Part shown: positions 1 through 8,183 of the stretch, in pieces
Layout of the letters: each line of letters begins with the position of its first letter
Numbering within the stretch: position 1 is the stretch's first letter
NCBI GenBank assembly: GCA_028698185.1
Contig: JAQVDW010000011.1
Span: 16,575-48,574, forward strand
Length of the DNA stretch: 32,000 nucleotides
Reading direction: 5' to 3'
DNA from: Erysipelotrichaceae bacterium
GTDB taxonomy: Bacteria > Bacillota_I > Bacilli_A > Erysipelotrichales > Coprobacillaceae
Program-made: the position numbers and the translations under genes
The notes under the pieces: model-generated
The model's input: only the letters and a program-made list of their open reading frames with translations
The model's database searches: none
Told to the model about the DNA's origin: nothing

Positions 1-2220
1 CTTGATGATGGCGACCGAATTTTCCACATGGGTCTGCATGATCATCCTTTCCTCGTCGCTCAAACGTCCATTTTTGTTGAGGATTTTTTCATCGATTCCA
101 ATCTTGCCGATATCATGAAGCAGGGCCGCTTCCTTGATTATCTCGATCGAATCCTTGTCCATGTTCAGACCATAGGCCAGTTCCGTCGCGTAGTAGCAGA
201 CATTGTTGGAGTGGCTGTAGGTGTAATGGTCCTTGGTGTCGATGGCTGCCGTCAGGGCATGGATCATGGCTGCGTATTCCGAATAGATTTCGGCCTTGTG
301 TTCGACTTCCTCATCGGGGTTTTCATTCCGTTTGACGACCTGACCGGTCGATATCCGGATGCTGTCCTTGCCGGAACGCTTTACGTGGTAGATTGCCAGT
401 TCGGCATCGTTGATCAGTTCGGTGGTATTGTTGGCCAAAAACGGGATAGTCGAGATTCCAACGGAAACAGTGATCCGCTTCATTTTATAGTTTTCCCTTT
501 TGGAATTGATCTGGTTGATCTGTTTGGAAATCTTTTGGGCGATCAGCCGAGTCTGGTTGACATCGTAATTCGGGAAGACACAGGCGAAGACCTTTGAATC
601 GTAGCGGGCGCATATTCCAATGCCCTCCATATTGGCCTTCAGGATCCGGGCCACCTCGATAAGGACGTTGTCGCCCTCGTTGTAGCCGTAGAGCTGGTTG
701 TAAAGCTTGAAGTCGTCGATGTTGAAAATGGCGATGGATAACAACCCATCATGTCTTTTCTTGTCGAGGTCTTTCAAGGCTGCCAGGAAGTATTTCCGGT
801 TGAGCAGTTTGGTTAGGTCATCCTTGCGCGCTTCGTTGTATACCACCTCGTAAAGCTGGGCTTTTGACAGGGCGGTCGAAGAGATCAGGGAGATGTTTTC
901 GAGGAAAACGATATCGTCATCGGTGAACTTGGATGATTTGTTCTTGTGGGTCAGCATAAAGATACCCACCAGCTTGTCATCATCGATCAGGGGAACAAAA
1001 TATTCGATATTTAGGTATGCGAGCTCCTTTTTTTCTTCGGTCCACATCGACTTGTAGGCATTTAGCTTCTTGAGATCATCGAGCAGGATGCAGTCGCCGG
1101 TGTTGTTTAGCAGGGTGACCAGGGGATTGTTGAGCTCGAGTCTAAAGTCGATCTGGTTGAGCGGGTTGCTTGTGGCTACCACCTTGAAATAGTCTTTTTT
1201 TTCATCGGGAAGGAGAATGTAGATTTCTTTTAGACCAAGCGCATCTTTGATGACATTGACAATCAGCCGGGATATTTCTTTTACCTGAAGGCTGGAAAAG
1301 GCGTTGTTTTTGAACTCTTTGAGGATATTGGTGCGAATGGTGTCATCGGAAATGTAGATCCGGTTGATGAAAAGCTCCAGGAAGCGGTAGAGTACAAATG
1401 CGAATAGAGTGAACAATACCGCAATGATGATTATTTGGTTGTCTTTTGGCACCAGGAGGATCTGGTCGAGCAGCCGTTCCAAGGCACTGGTAGAGTTCAA
1501 CAGGACTATAAAAGAAATCAGACCTGAAAACCCGTAGATCACCCATTTTGATATCAGTAAATCAAGTTTGAACAGTTTGTTTTTATAGAGGGTGTAGAAC
1601 AGGATGAAGACGAAGACGATACTCGATAGAATATCGATAGGGAAACCCTGGATAAAAGGTACGACAGTCAACACGTTTCCAAGAAACAAGATCAAAAGAC
1701 CAAGTTTGACCGGATTCAGGGCGCTGATTGGAGTGTTGTCGCTGTGATTCTTTCCAAAGAGAATCAATAGAATATTGGCGATGATTGCCCCAGTGACAAT
1801 GAAGAAGAACACCACGAGCCATGTCGTCTCGTAGATAAAGACAGTCTTGTTTGCGATGACAGTCGGTGTCGGGCTGGCCAAAAACATCCCGTTGTAGGTG
1901 TTGATTGCCATGAGAATAAGGCACAGTCCCAATAAGATGTAATCAAGCATCGTGCTTTTCATTCCGACAAGATTCTTGACGAATTTTAGAAGCACGTATG
2001 GAGCCATAACGATCCCGAACAAGGAAATGTCATACCAGAACTTCACCATTCCAAGATACTGGGTCCGCATCAACAACGAACCGCCGCACCAGAGAGTGAA
2101 AATTACAAGAAAGGCAATGAATGAATTGATGGCCGGGTTTTTCTTGGCTGCCAAAAATGCCAGCAGCAGGAAGCTGTAGCAGGAAACGGCGATTATAGGT
2201 ATTATTGTAGAATCAATCAT
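1..2220 (-). CDS. Membrane-anchored signalling protein: multi-TM N-terminus, GAF-like domain, degenerate GGDEF domain, HD-GYP-type HD domain (C-terminus runs off the window)
   Basis: Absent from the ORF track because it has no stop in the window. Hand translation of the minus strand from ATG 2220..2218 (SD GGGGGT upstream) stays open to nt 1 (740 codons). The N-terminus MIDSTIIPIIAVSCYSFLLLAFLAAKK... is hydrophobic down to about nt 1400. About nt 1280-850 reads ...YFVPLIDDDKLVGIFMLTHK...AQLYEV (GAF-like). About nt 835-330 reads DDLTKLLNRKYF..IDDFKLYNQLYGYNEGD..ARYDSKVF (GGDEF fold with the signature lost). About nt 300-1 reads DTKDHYTYSHSNNV..LLHDIGKIGI..MQTHVENS (HD-GYP family). Confidence 0.85.
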   Translation of the reverse strand, partial: MIDSTIIPIIAVSCYSFLLLAFLAAKKNPAINSFIAFLVIFTLWCGGSLLMRTQYLGMVKFWYDISLFGIVMAPYVLLKFVKNLVGMKSTMLDYILLGLCLILMAINTYNGMFLASPTPTVIANKTVFIYETTWLVVFFFIVTGAIIANILLILFGKNHSDNTPISALNPVKLGLLILFLGNVLTVVPFIQGFPIDILSSIVFVFILFYTLYKNKLFKLDLLISKWVIYGFSGLISFIVLLNSTSALERLLDQILLVPKDNQIIIIAVLFTLFAFVLYRFLELFINRIYISDDTIRTNILKEFKNNAFSSLQVKEISRLIVNVIKDALGLKEIYILLPDEKKDYFKVVATSNPLNQIDFRLELNNPLVTLLNNTGDCILLDDLKKLNAYKSMWTEEKKELAYLNIEYFVPLIDDDKLVGIFMLTHKNKSSKFTDDDIVFLENISLISSTALSKAQLYEVVYNEARKDDLTKLLNRKYFLAALKDLDKKRHDGLLSIAIFNIDDFKLYNQLYGYNEGDNVLIEVARILKANMEGIGICARYDSKVFACVFPNYDVNQTRLIAQKISKQINQINSKRENYKMKRITVSVGISTIPFLANNTTELINDAELAIYHVKRSGKDSIRISTGQVVKRNENPDEEVEHKAEIYSEYAAMIHALTAAIDTKDHYTYSHSNNVCYYATELAYGLNMDKDSIEIIKEAALLHDIGKIGIDEKILNKNGRLSDEERMIMQTHVENSVAIIK

Positions 2221-3835
2221 ATTTTACCCCCATATACTCTCCGACTCGTTGCTGGATATCGACCAGATCCCGGATCTCATATTTCGATGGATTGAATGAT
2301 TTGACCGGTTTTTGATAGACCTGTTGATATTTTTCGAAAGTTCCACAGCGAAGGATCGTAATCTCCAAAGGATCCATTTCGAGAATCTGCTTGAGCGATT
2401 CATAATCGGAATCGATGTAGCGGAAATAGATTCCCAGCTGGCATTGGAGAATATCTTTAAGGTATGCCGAATCAATCAGGGTGCTCGAGTCGAGTTCGAC
2501 ATACATATGCAATAATGGTTTGTTGTTCTGGTTATATTCCTTGACGATGGAATAATTCTTGATGTCCAGGTTGGCAAGAGCGATGACATTGTCGATCAGA
2601 TCCTTGGTGATCCGGGTGAACCCGGCAATGTCGATCACATCAGGGGCCCGGTCGACGAACTTGAACCGGGGAATGCCCAGTTCACTTTTACCCACGCATT
2701 TGTAGACATCCTTGACACGGTAGCGCATGAACGCCCCGCCTTTTAAAACTGAAATGACCAGTTCATAAATTCCATCGACTTCCAGTTCATTGAAAAGGTA
2801 AGTTTTGGGATTGTAGTTCTCATCCTCGATGCACCGGTACATATCCGATTCCTTGATGAACTCATAGAAGCAGGTATCCGGGAAGAAATACATCCCGTTG
2901 CGGTTGAAATCCTCAGCTGCAATCAATGACGGTTCGGTTCCTGCGAAAAGTTCCAAAGGAGCGATTCCCCACATCTGTTCAAGTTCATCCTTGTAACAGT
3001 CGCTGTCGGCTCCGGTTATCATGTAACCCTTGAGCTTGAAAAAATCTTTGGGCATCAGCTCGCGGCCTTCTTCTTTGCATGTCTTTTTGGCTTTCAGGTA
3101 ACGGAAAACCATCTTCAGCGGAATTTTCGTTTTCTTACCTGATCCTTTTGAACTTGAACCCCCTGAGCTCATTGAAGAAAAACTTTTTGAGATATAGTAG
3201 GCGACGGATGCCAATCCGAAGAAGTAATCAATGCCTTTTTCCATCCCGAGCTTGAAACCTTCCTTGTTGCGTTCCTTGAAGCTCATGTTTTCCGCTTCCT
3301 CGACGTTTGGCAGGAATTCAATGTCGGTATGCATGGCTAAAGCCCGGGGCAACAGACCGGTCGCAAATGGCAAAGGCGCCAGGCCGTATAGGAACGTGTC
3401 GTCGTTTTCAACGGTGAATTCATATTTGCGACGTGAAGACGCGAGCATGACACAGGCCATTGTATTGTCGCGGAAAGTCTCAATCATCCCGCTTGTGTAT
3501 GGTGCGAGTTTGACTGGATGTTTGCCACCTTCCCAGGTCGTCTTGATCCAGATTACGGCTTTGGCAGGAAGAAGATCATCCCTTTTCAAAAGAAGGATGT
3601 CGGCATAATCCTGGTAATTTGTCAGCGGGAACTCTCTCCGGAATTCCTCGACGCTTGAAACTTCCTCTTTAAGCAAAGATTTCCCCAATGGCGATTTTTG
3701 CCATAATCTTAGCTGTTCTTTCATCAAGCGATTCTGGATCGCCATGAACTCATCTATTGTCAAATCCAAAAAGCCGCAGTACTGGTCCCATATTTCCTTT
3801 TTGCTTTTCGATTTGTAATCATCCTTAAAACTCAT
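2213..3835 (-). CDS. GH3 family (auxin-responsive-promoter-type, ANL-superfamily adenylating) protein
   Basis: 540-aa ORF. Strings resemble GH3 family signatures: YELVISVLKGGAFMRYRVKDV (cf. GLYRYRxGD), IPRFKFVDRAPDVIDIAG (cf. PxFxFxxR..i.gEK), FAGTEPSLIAAE (cf. YasSE). SD AAAGGAGAAAATT-ATG lies inside the upstream gene. The start overlaps the upstream stop by 11 nt and the stop overlaps the downstream ATG by 8 nt. Confidence 0.75.
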   Translation of the reverse strand: MSFKDDYKSKSKKEIWDQYCGFLDLTIDEFMAIQNRLMKEQLRLWQKSPLGKSLLKEEVSSVEEFRREFPLTNYQDYADILLLKRDDLLPAKAVIWIKTTWEGGKHPVKLAPYTSGMIETFRDNTMACVMLASSRRKYEFTVENDDTFLYGLAPLPFATGLLPRALAMHTDIEFLPNVEEAENMSFKERNKEGFKLGMEKGIDYFFGLASVAYYISKSFSSMSSGGSSSKGSGKKTKIPLKMVFRYLKAKKTCKEEGRELMPKDFFKLKGYMITGADSDCYKDELEQMWGIAPLELFAGTEPSLIAAEDFNRNGMYFFPDTCFYEFIKESDMYRCIEDENYNPKTYLFNELEVDGIYELVISVLKGGAFMRYRVKDVYKCVGKSELGIPRFKFVDRAPDVIDIAGFTRITKDLIDNVIALANLDIKNYSIVKEYNQNNKPLLHMYVELDSSTLIDSAYLKDILQCQLGIYFRYIDSDYESLKQILEMDPLEITILRCGTFEKYQQVYQKPVKSFNPSKYEIRDLVDIQQRVGEYMGVKYD

Positions 3836-4394
3836 AATTTTCTCCTTTTAATATAACCCTTTTTACCGAACTGTAGGTAGGGATTAGAAATGGGACTTCC
3901 TGTTTGTATTCCTGATAGTCGCAAAATACCCTGACAAAAGTGAAATTGTCCTGGATGACGATGTAGATCAGGTTCATCAGTGACGAAATTGATGCGAACA
4001 ATGTGAACGTGAAATCATTGAAAACGAATATCAGGCAGACATACATCAGAATGAACCACAAAACTCCGATATGTCGTGATAAGCCATACATTCCTGTTCT
4101 TATGGTCTTGGTCTGGTTGAACGAGACATAGGTCGCCTCAAACGGCAAGGCGAAAAACAGGGTGTAAATAAGCAAACTTAAAAATATAAGCGCGCAGCCG
4201 ATCAAAACGATTGTCGAGCTGGTAAAAGCAATGGCATTTTTGAGCCGGAAAATCATCACGACATTGGTGATTGTGAAAATCACACTGGCCAAAAGGAAAA
4301 GTTTGTCAAGCCAGTGATTCTTGATTGTGACACTGTTGATGTCATAGATGATATAAAGACTAAAAACTCCGATTGCAACAAGGTAATAGATCAT
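3825..4394 (-). CDS. Polytopic membrane protein, isoprenylcysteine carboxyl methyltransferase / PEMT-like family (divergent)
   Basis: The ORF track starts at a TTG (4409). I prefer ATG 4394 because GGGGGAG lies 6 nt upstream. The protein is very hydrophobic. The C-terminal half reads RTGMYGLSRHIGVLWF...FCDYQEYKQEVPFLIP, resembling the ICMT/PEMT pattern G.Y...RHP.Y ... FG.eY..Y...vp..iP, but with RHI instead of RHP. Confidence 0.6.
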   Translation of the reverse strand: MIYYLVAIGVFSLYIIYDINSVTIKNHWLDKLFLLASVIFTITNVVMIFRLKNAIAFTSSTIVLIGCALIFLSLLIYTLFFALPFEATYVSFNQTKTIRTGMYGLSRHIGVLWFILMYVCLIFVFNDFTFTLFASISSLMNLIYIVIQDNFTFVRVFCDYQEYKQEVPFLIPTYSSVKRVILKGENYEF

Positions 4395-4428
4395 AGCGCA
4401 CTCCCCCAAAAATATGATAACACTATTT

Positions 4429-4443
4429 TTAGTAATTTACTAA
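4429..4443. repeat. 15-bp perfect palindrome TTAGTAA-T-TTACTAA in the promoter region of the minus-strand operon
   Basis: Read directly. It sits 10-24 nt upstream (minus-strand sense) of a TGTTATCAT extended -10-like box (plus-strand 4414..4422), just before the SD of the 3825..4394 gene. Confidence 0.5.
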
Positions 4444-4598
4444 TACTATCTTAAAAATATGCGCTTTTTCTATATTTTTTGTTCCTTTTCAAGAGGATAT
4501 TTCGATTAATGTTACTTGGGCGTTCTAAAATAAACAAATGATTTTGTGAAAAAGACAAAATTATAAATTTCTTGTCAAGTAAAAATATTTTACATGTG

Positions 4599-4607
4599 TG
4601 ACATAAT
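4599..4607 (+). promoter_or_regulatory. Candidate extended -10 promoter (TGACATAAT) for the GH1 gene
   Basis: TG-n-CATAAT read at 4599..4607. No good -35 is present. It implies a 5' leader of about 195 nt. Confidence 0.35.
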
Positions 4608-4619
4608 TTAATAGTGAGT

Positions 4620-4664
4620 AACAAAATCGATGAGAATTTGGTGCCCGGTTTCATCGATTTTGTT
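4620..4664 (+). promoter_or_regulatory. Leader hairpin: 14-bp perfect inverted repeat AACAAAATCGATGA / TCATCGATTTTGTT with a 17-nt loop and a U-rich 3' side
   Basis: Arms at 4620..4633 and 4651..4664 are exact reverse complements. The 3' arm and following bases read TTTTGTTTTG, which is terminator-like. Confidence 0.55.
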
Positions 4665-4807
4665 TTGAAAACGGATGTCAATGAAACAATGTTTCGTCAA
4701 AATCGCATCCGGACAAGAAAAGATGAAACGAAATTGAGAAGTTGGGTTGTGCCCTTTACAAAACATTTTAAAGTTCTACAATGTAAGGAAGATAAGGAGG
4801 ATTTACA

Positions 4808-6187
4808 ATGGAAAGAAAGTTCCCAAAAGATTTTTACTGGGGCGGTTCAGTTTCTTCATTCCAGACTGAAGGTGCCCGTGATGAAGGTGGCAAAGGATTA
4901 TGCATCTATGATGTCCGGCCGACCAATCCTGAATTTACCGACTGGTCGGTGGCGATCGACGCTTACCACCGCTATGATGAAGATATCGCCTTGATGAAGG
5001 AAATGGGCTTCAATTTTTACCGTTTCTCGATCTGCTGGTCAAGAATCATCCCCAACGGAGACGATGCGGTCAATGAAGAAGGGGTTAAATTCTACAGCGA
5101 CCTGATCGACAAGCTGATCGCCGCAGGAATCGAGCCGATGATCACCCTGGTCCACTTCGATATGCCTTACAAGCTGGTCAAGGAACACAACGGTTTCGCT
5201 TCGCGATTTGTCGTGGACTGTTTTGAGCGTTATGCCAGAGTCTGCATCGAACGTTTCGGTGACCGGGTCAAACATTGGATGAGCTTCAATGAACAAAACC
5301 TTCACGGGATGATGCTGCGGGTATCGAATGCGGAAAAGGTGCCTGAGGGTATCAATCCGGCCAAGCATCTTTACCAAGTCAACCACAATGTCTTTATCGC
5401 CCACGCCAAAGCGGTAAGAGCGTTGCGCGAGATGCAACCGGATGCCAAGTTCTGCGGGATGAATGCGGTGACCAACTTCTATCCGGCAACCAACACTCCT
5501 AAAAACAACCTGTTTGCCTGGCAGGCATACCAATATATGAACGGATTCCATGCCGATGTCTTCACTTATGGCAAATATCCTGATTACATGGTAGCCTATC
5601 TGGAAAACCGGGGCTGGATGCCGATCTTCGAAGATGAGGATGAGGAGCTGTTGAAATATACGGTCGACTATATCGCCTTTAGCTACTACCGTTCAAACAC
5701 GCTGACCGAAGGGGAATTCGACTACAAACGGCCATACCATGAAATCGTCGGGGAACATACCATCAAGAATCCCAACCTGGAAGCCAATGAATGGAACTGG
5801 GAAATCGATGCGGTTGGATTCAGGTGGACGCTTAACGAACTGGCCAACCGTTCACATCTGCCAGTGTTCGTTTTGGAAAATGGTATCGGATGGCGTGAGG
5901 ATCTTGATGAAAACGGAACTGTCGAAGATGACTACCGCATCGCCTACCACCGCGACCATATCCGTGAAATGAAAAATGCGATGATCGAAGAAGGCGTGGA
6001 CTGCATGGGTTATGTGACCTGGGGGCCGATCGATATCCCGGCGAGCATGTGCGACATGTCGAAGCGTTATGGATTTGTCTTCGTCAACCGGACCAACAAG
6101 GACCTGCGCGACCTGGCAAGAATCCCGAAAAAGTCGTTCAAATGGGTCAAAAAAGCTTTCGAATCTAATGGGGAAGATTTGGCTTAG
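4808..6187 (+). CDS. Glycoside hydrolase family 1, probable 6-phospho-beta-glucosidase
   Basis: 459 aa. N-terminal FPKDFYWGGSVSSFQTEGA, acid/base FNEQN and nucleophile LENGIG are classic GH1 motifs. SD TAAGGAGGA lies 7 nt before the ATG. Confidence 0.9.
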   Translation: MERKFPKDFYWGGSVSSFQTEGARDEGGKGLCIYDVRPTNPEFTDWSVAIDAYHRYDEDIALMKEMGFNFYRFSICWSRIIPNGDDAVNEEGVKFYSDLIDKLIAAGIEPMITLVHFDMPYKLVKEHNGFASRFVVDCFERYARVCIERFGDRVKHWMSFNEQNLHGMMLRVSNAEKVPEGINPAKHLYQVNHNVFIAHAKAVRALREMQPDAKFCGMNAVTNFYPATNTPKNNLFAWQAYQYMNGFHADVFTYGKYPDYMVAYLENRGWMPIFEDEDEELLKYTVDYIAFSYYRSNTLTEGEFDYKRPYHEIVGEHTIKNPNLEANEWNWEIDAVGFRWTLNELANRSHLPVFVLENGIGWREDLDENGTVEDDYRIAYHRDHIREMKNAMIEEGVDCMGYVTWGPIDIPASMCDMSKRYGFVFVNRTNKDLRDLARIPKKSFKWVKKAFESNGEDLA

Positions 6188-6324
6188 GCTGTAAAAACAA
6201 CAATAGGCAATCTGCCGATAATATGCTATAATACCGATGATTAAGTTGCACAATTTAAAAAACTGTATAATAGGATTATGGACGGTTGTCCGTTTGATTA
6301 TGTAAAATACAAGGAGAAAAAATA

Positions 6325-7287
6325 ATGGAAATTTTAAAATTAGCGCCGGCTTTCAAGGATTATTTATGGGGAGGGCTGAAACTAGTTGAGCAGTACTACA
6401 AGAAAAGCGACCTGGCCAAAGTGGCCGAAAGCTGGGAAATGTCAAACCATAAGGATGGTTCTTCGACTATCATCTCGAATGCCCGCCAGGGCCAAAGCTT
6501 CAGGGATTACCTGGAAGAGGTGGGGAAGGATGCCTGGGGAACCAAAGCCGCCAAGTATGACAGTTTCCCGATCATGATCAAATTCATCGATGCCAAACAG
6601 GCACTTAGCATCCAGGTCCATCCCGACGACGAATATGCCTTGAAATATGAAGGGGAATTCGGCAAGAATGAATTCTGGTATGTCCTGGAAGCCGAACCTG
6701 ACGCATTCCTGTACTACGGAGTCAACCAGGATATGACCAGGGAAGAGTTCAAAGAATACATCGACAAAGGGGTTATCTGCGATTACCTGAAAAAGGTCGA
6801 AGTGAAAAAAGGCGACTGTTTCTATATCGAAACCGGAACAATCCATGCCATCGGGGCGGGAATCGTGATCGCCGAGATCCAGCAGTGTTCAAACTCGACC
6901 TACCGGGTGTTCGATTTCAACCGTCTTGGTGTTGACGGAAAACCGCGCGAGCTCCATATTGACAAAGCGGTGGCGGTGTCCAAACTGACTCCAAACGCTT
7001 CAAGCGGTGAGCCGGATGGCACAGTCGAAAAATATGACGGCTTTGAAAAGCTGCTTCTTACAGACAACAGCTACTTCAACTGCACCAAGTACGATGTGAC
7101 TGATTGCGTGAAGCTTGAAGTCACAAAAGAAAGCTTCCAGGCGCTGACAATCCTTGAAGGTCAAGGTACGATCTTTGACGGGGAAACGACAATCGAACTG
7201 ATCAAGGGTGACAGCATTTTCATCCCGGCCCAATCAGGTCAGGTGAGCGTTGCCGGAACCGTCAGCTTCATCCAGACCCAATTATAG
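6325..7287 (+). CDS. manA: Mannose-6-phosphate isomerase, class I (Firmicute Pmi/ManA type)
   Basis: 320 aa. Motifs LWGG, QVHPDD, GKNEFWYV, IHAIG and TYRVFDFNR match the type I PMI pattern. SD AAGGAGAA is present. Confidence 0.9.
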   Translation: MEILKLAPAFKDYLWGGLKLVEQYYKKSDLAKVAESWEMSNHKDGSSTIISNARQGQSFRDYLEEVGKDAWGTKAAKYDSFPIMIKFIDAKQALSIQVHPDDEYALKYEGEFGKNEFWYVLEAEPDAFLYYGVNQDMTREEFKEYIDKGVICDYLKKVEVKKGDCFYIETGTIHAIGAGIVIAEIQQCSNSTYRVFDFNRLGVDGKPRELHIDKAVAVSKLTPNASSGEPDGTVEKYDGFEKLLLTDNSYFNCTKYDVTDCVKLEVTKESFQALTILEGQGTIFDGETTIELIKGDSIFIPAQSGQVSVAGTVSFIQTQL

Positions 7288-7309
7288 ACATCTCGCGATG
7301 TCTTTTTTT
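7286..7309 (+). terminator. Intrinsic terminator after manA
   Basis: AGACATC-TCGC-GATGTCT followed by TTTTTT, read directly. Confidence 0.75.
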
Positions 7310-7325
7310 GCGCCTTTTCCCAGAC

Positions 7326-7351
7326 AAAAAGGCCCGGTTTATGGCCGGGCC
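7326..7351 (-). terminator. Intrinsic terminator for the lipoprotein gene
   Basis: The minus strand reads GGCCCGGCCATAAACCGGGCC followed by TTTTT. Confidence 0.75.
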
Positions 7352-7368
7352 GGCAGGTTCATCAAATT

Positions 7369-7887
7369 TCAATCATAGCCACCCTGGGCTTCGGGGAGCT
7401 GTTTGTATTGTGCGGTCTCGCTTACGATTTCATGGATTCTGGCAAAAAGCTCCCGGAGCTTTAGGGCTTTGGTCTCGTCCGATCCGCTTTCATCGTCCCA
7501 GTGGATGCTTTTGGTTTTGCCATCGTAAGTGATGGTGATCGAGTAGGACTGGTACGGGGTCATATGGACATCGCTGGTTACCGTATATGTCTCAGGGTAG
7601 CTCAATATGTCGATATCTTTCATCATCTGGTATATTTCTGCCATCTTTGTGTCGCTTAAAACCAGGTCGGTCGTCACCTGGGGTGCGAGGATCAGGTCCT
7701 TGGTGTAGGTCCCCTTTATGGTGTCCAGCTGGTTTTTTTCCAGGACGCCATAATCGAGGACGAAGCCAAAGTCTTTTGGCATCGTGTCAGGCAGGGAGAA
7801 GGTGGGCTTGGAAAAAATGTTGCATGAAGTCAGGACAAAGACAAAAACGGTGAAGGTGATTATCAGGAGTTTCATTGGTTTGTTCAT
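7369..7887 (-). CDS. Hypothetical lipoprotein
   Basis: N-terminus MNKPMKLLIITFTVFVFVLTSC is a signal peptide plus lipobox (LTSC). SD GGAGG lies 7 nt upstream. I recognise no family. Confidence 0.7.
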   Translation of the reverse strand: MNKPMKLLIITFTVFVFVLTSCNIFSKPTFSLPDTMPKDFGFVLDYGVLEKNQLDTIKGTYTKDLILAPQVTTDLVLSDTKMAEIYQMMKDIDILSYPETYTVTSDVHMTPYQSYSITITYDGKTKSIHWDDESGSDETKALKLRELFARIHEIVSETAQYKQLPEAQGGYD

Positions 7888-8183
7888 GGGACTGCCTCCA
7901 AAATCAAAAGATGCATCTAGGTTTATTTGGTTTTAAGGGACGACAACGGGAGGGCCGATGCCATTTCCGAGGTCATGGGGTTTGGTCTTGATATCCGGTT
8001 ATCTACTATAATCATAGCACTGTGGCAGCCCAAATCAAACAGGTTTATCCCTGTTTTTATCCTTGCCATCGATGAATGTTGCAATTCGTCATAATTGCCA
8101 GGAATGTCATTGTTGTATTATAATACAGTTAGGTTTGAAAAGCTTGATGGACAACATTCAAATTAGAAAGTGGGGTGTCACTA

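Noticed and set aside
28-597. 189-aa plus-strand ORF at the left edge, and the apparent lack of any long ORF in 1..2200. This briefly suggested an alternative genetic code or a pseudogene.
   Set aside because: Hand translation shows a continuous minus-strand frame from 2220 to nt 1 with clear GAF, GGDEF and HD-GYP motifs. It is missing from the track only because it has no stop in the window. The plus-strand ORF is its antisense shadow.
4666-4680. cre-like sequence TGAAAACGGATGTCA in the GH1 leader.
   Set aside because: It fits the TGWAANCGNTNWCA consensus only with a one-base insertion, and its right half is part of a leader hairpin arm. That is too weak to call a CcpA site.
2213-4800. Possible low-GC island covering the GH3 and ICMT-like genes.
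   Set aside because: Hand counts of individual 60-nt lines range from about 35% to 58% GC within the same genes, and similar swings occur elsewhere. There is no flanking tRNA, repeat or integrase. I cannot support a horizontal-transfer call without a computed GC or codon-usage profile.
4614-4994. 126-aa plus-strand ORF spanning the GH1 leader and start.
   Set aside because: It is out of frame with the well-supported GH1 gene, has no SD, and its first part is the structured leader.
8037-8059. Orphan hairpin AAACAGG-TTTATC-CCTGTTT followed by Ts, in the lipoprotein/Rieske divergent region. Also a 17-codon ORF (7958..8011) behind GGGAGGG.
   Set aside because: The stem is short and AU-rich, and no upstream gene needs terminating on either strand. 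The mini-ORF has a 4-nt SD spacing and nothing else to support it.
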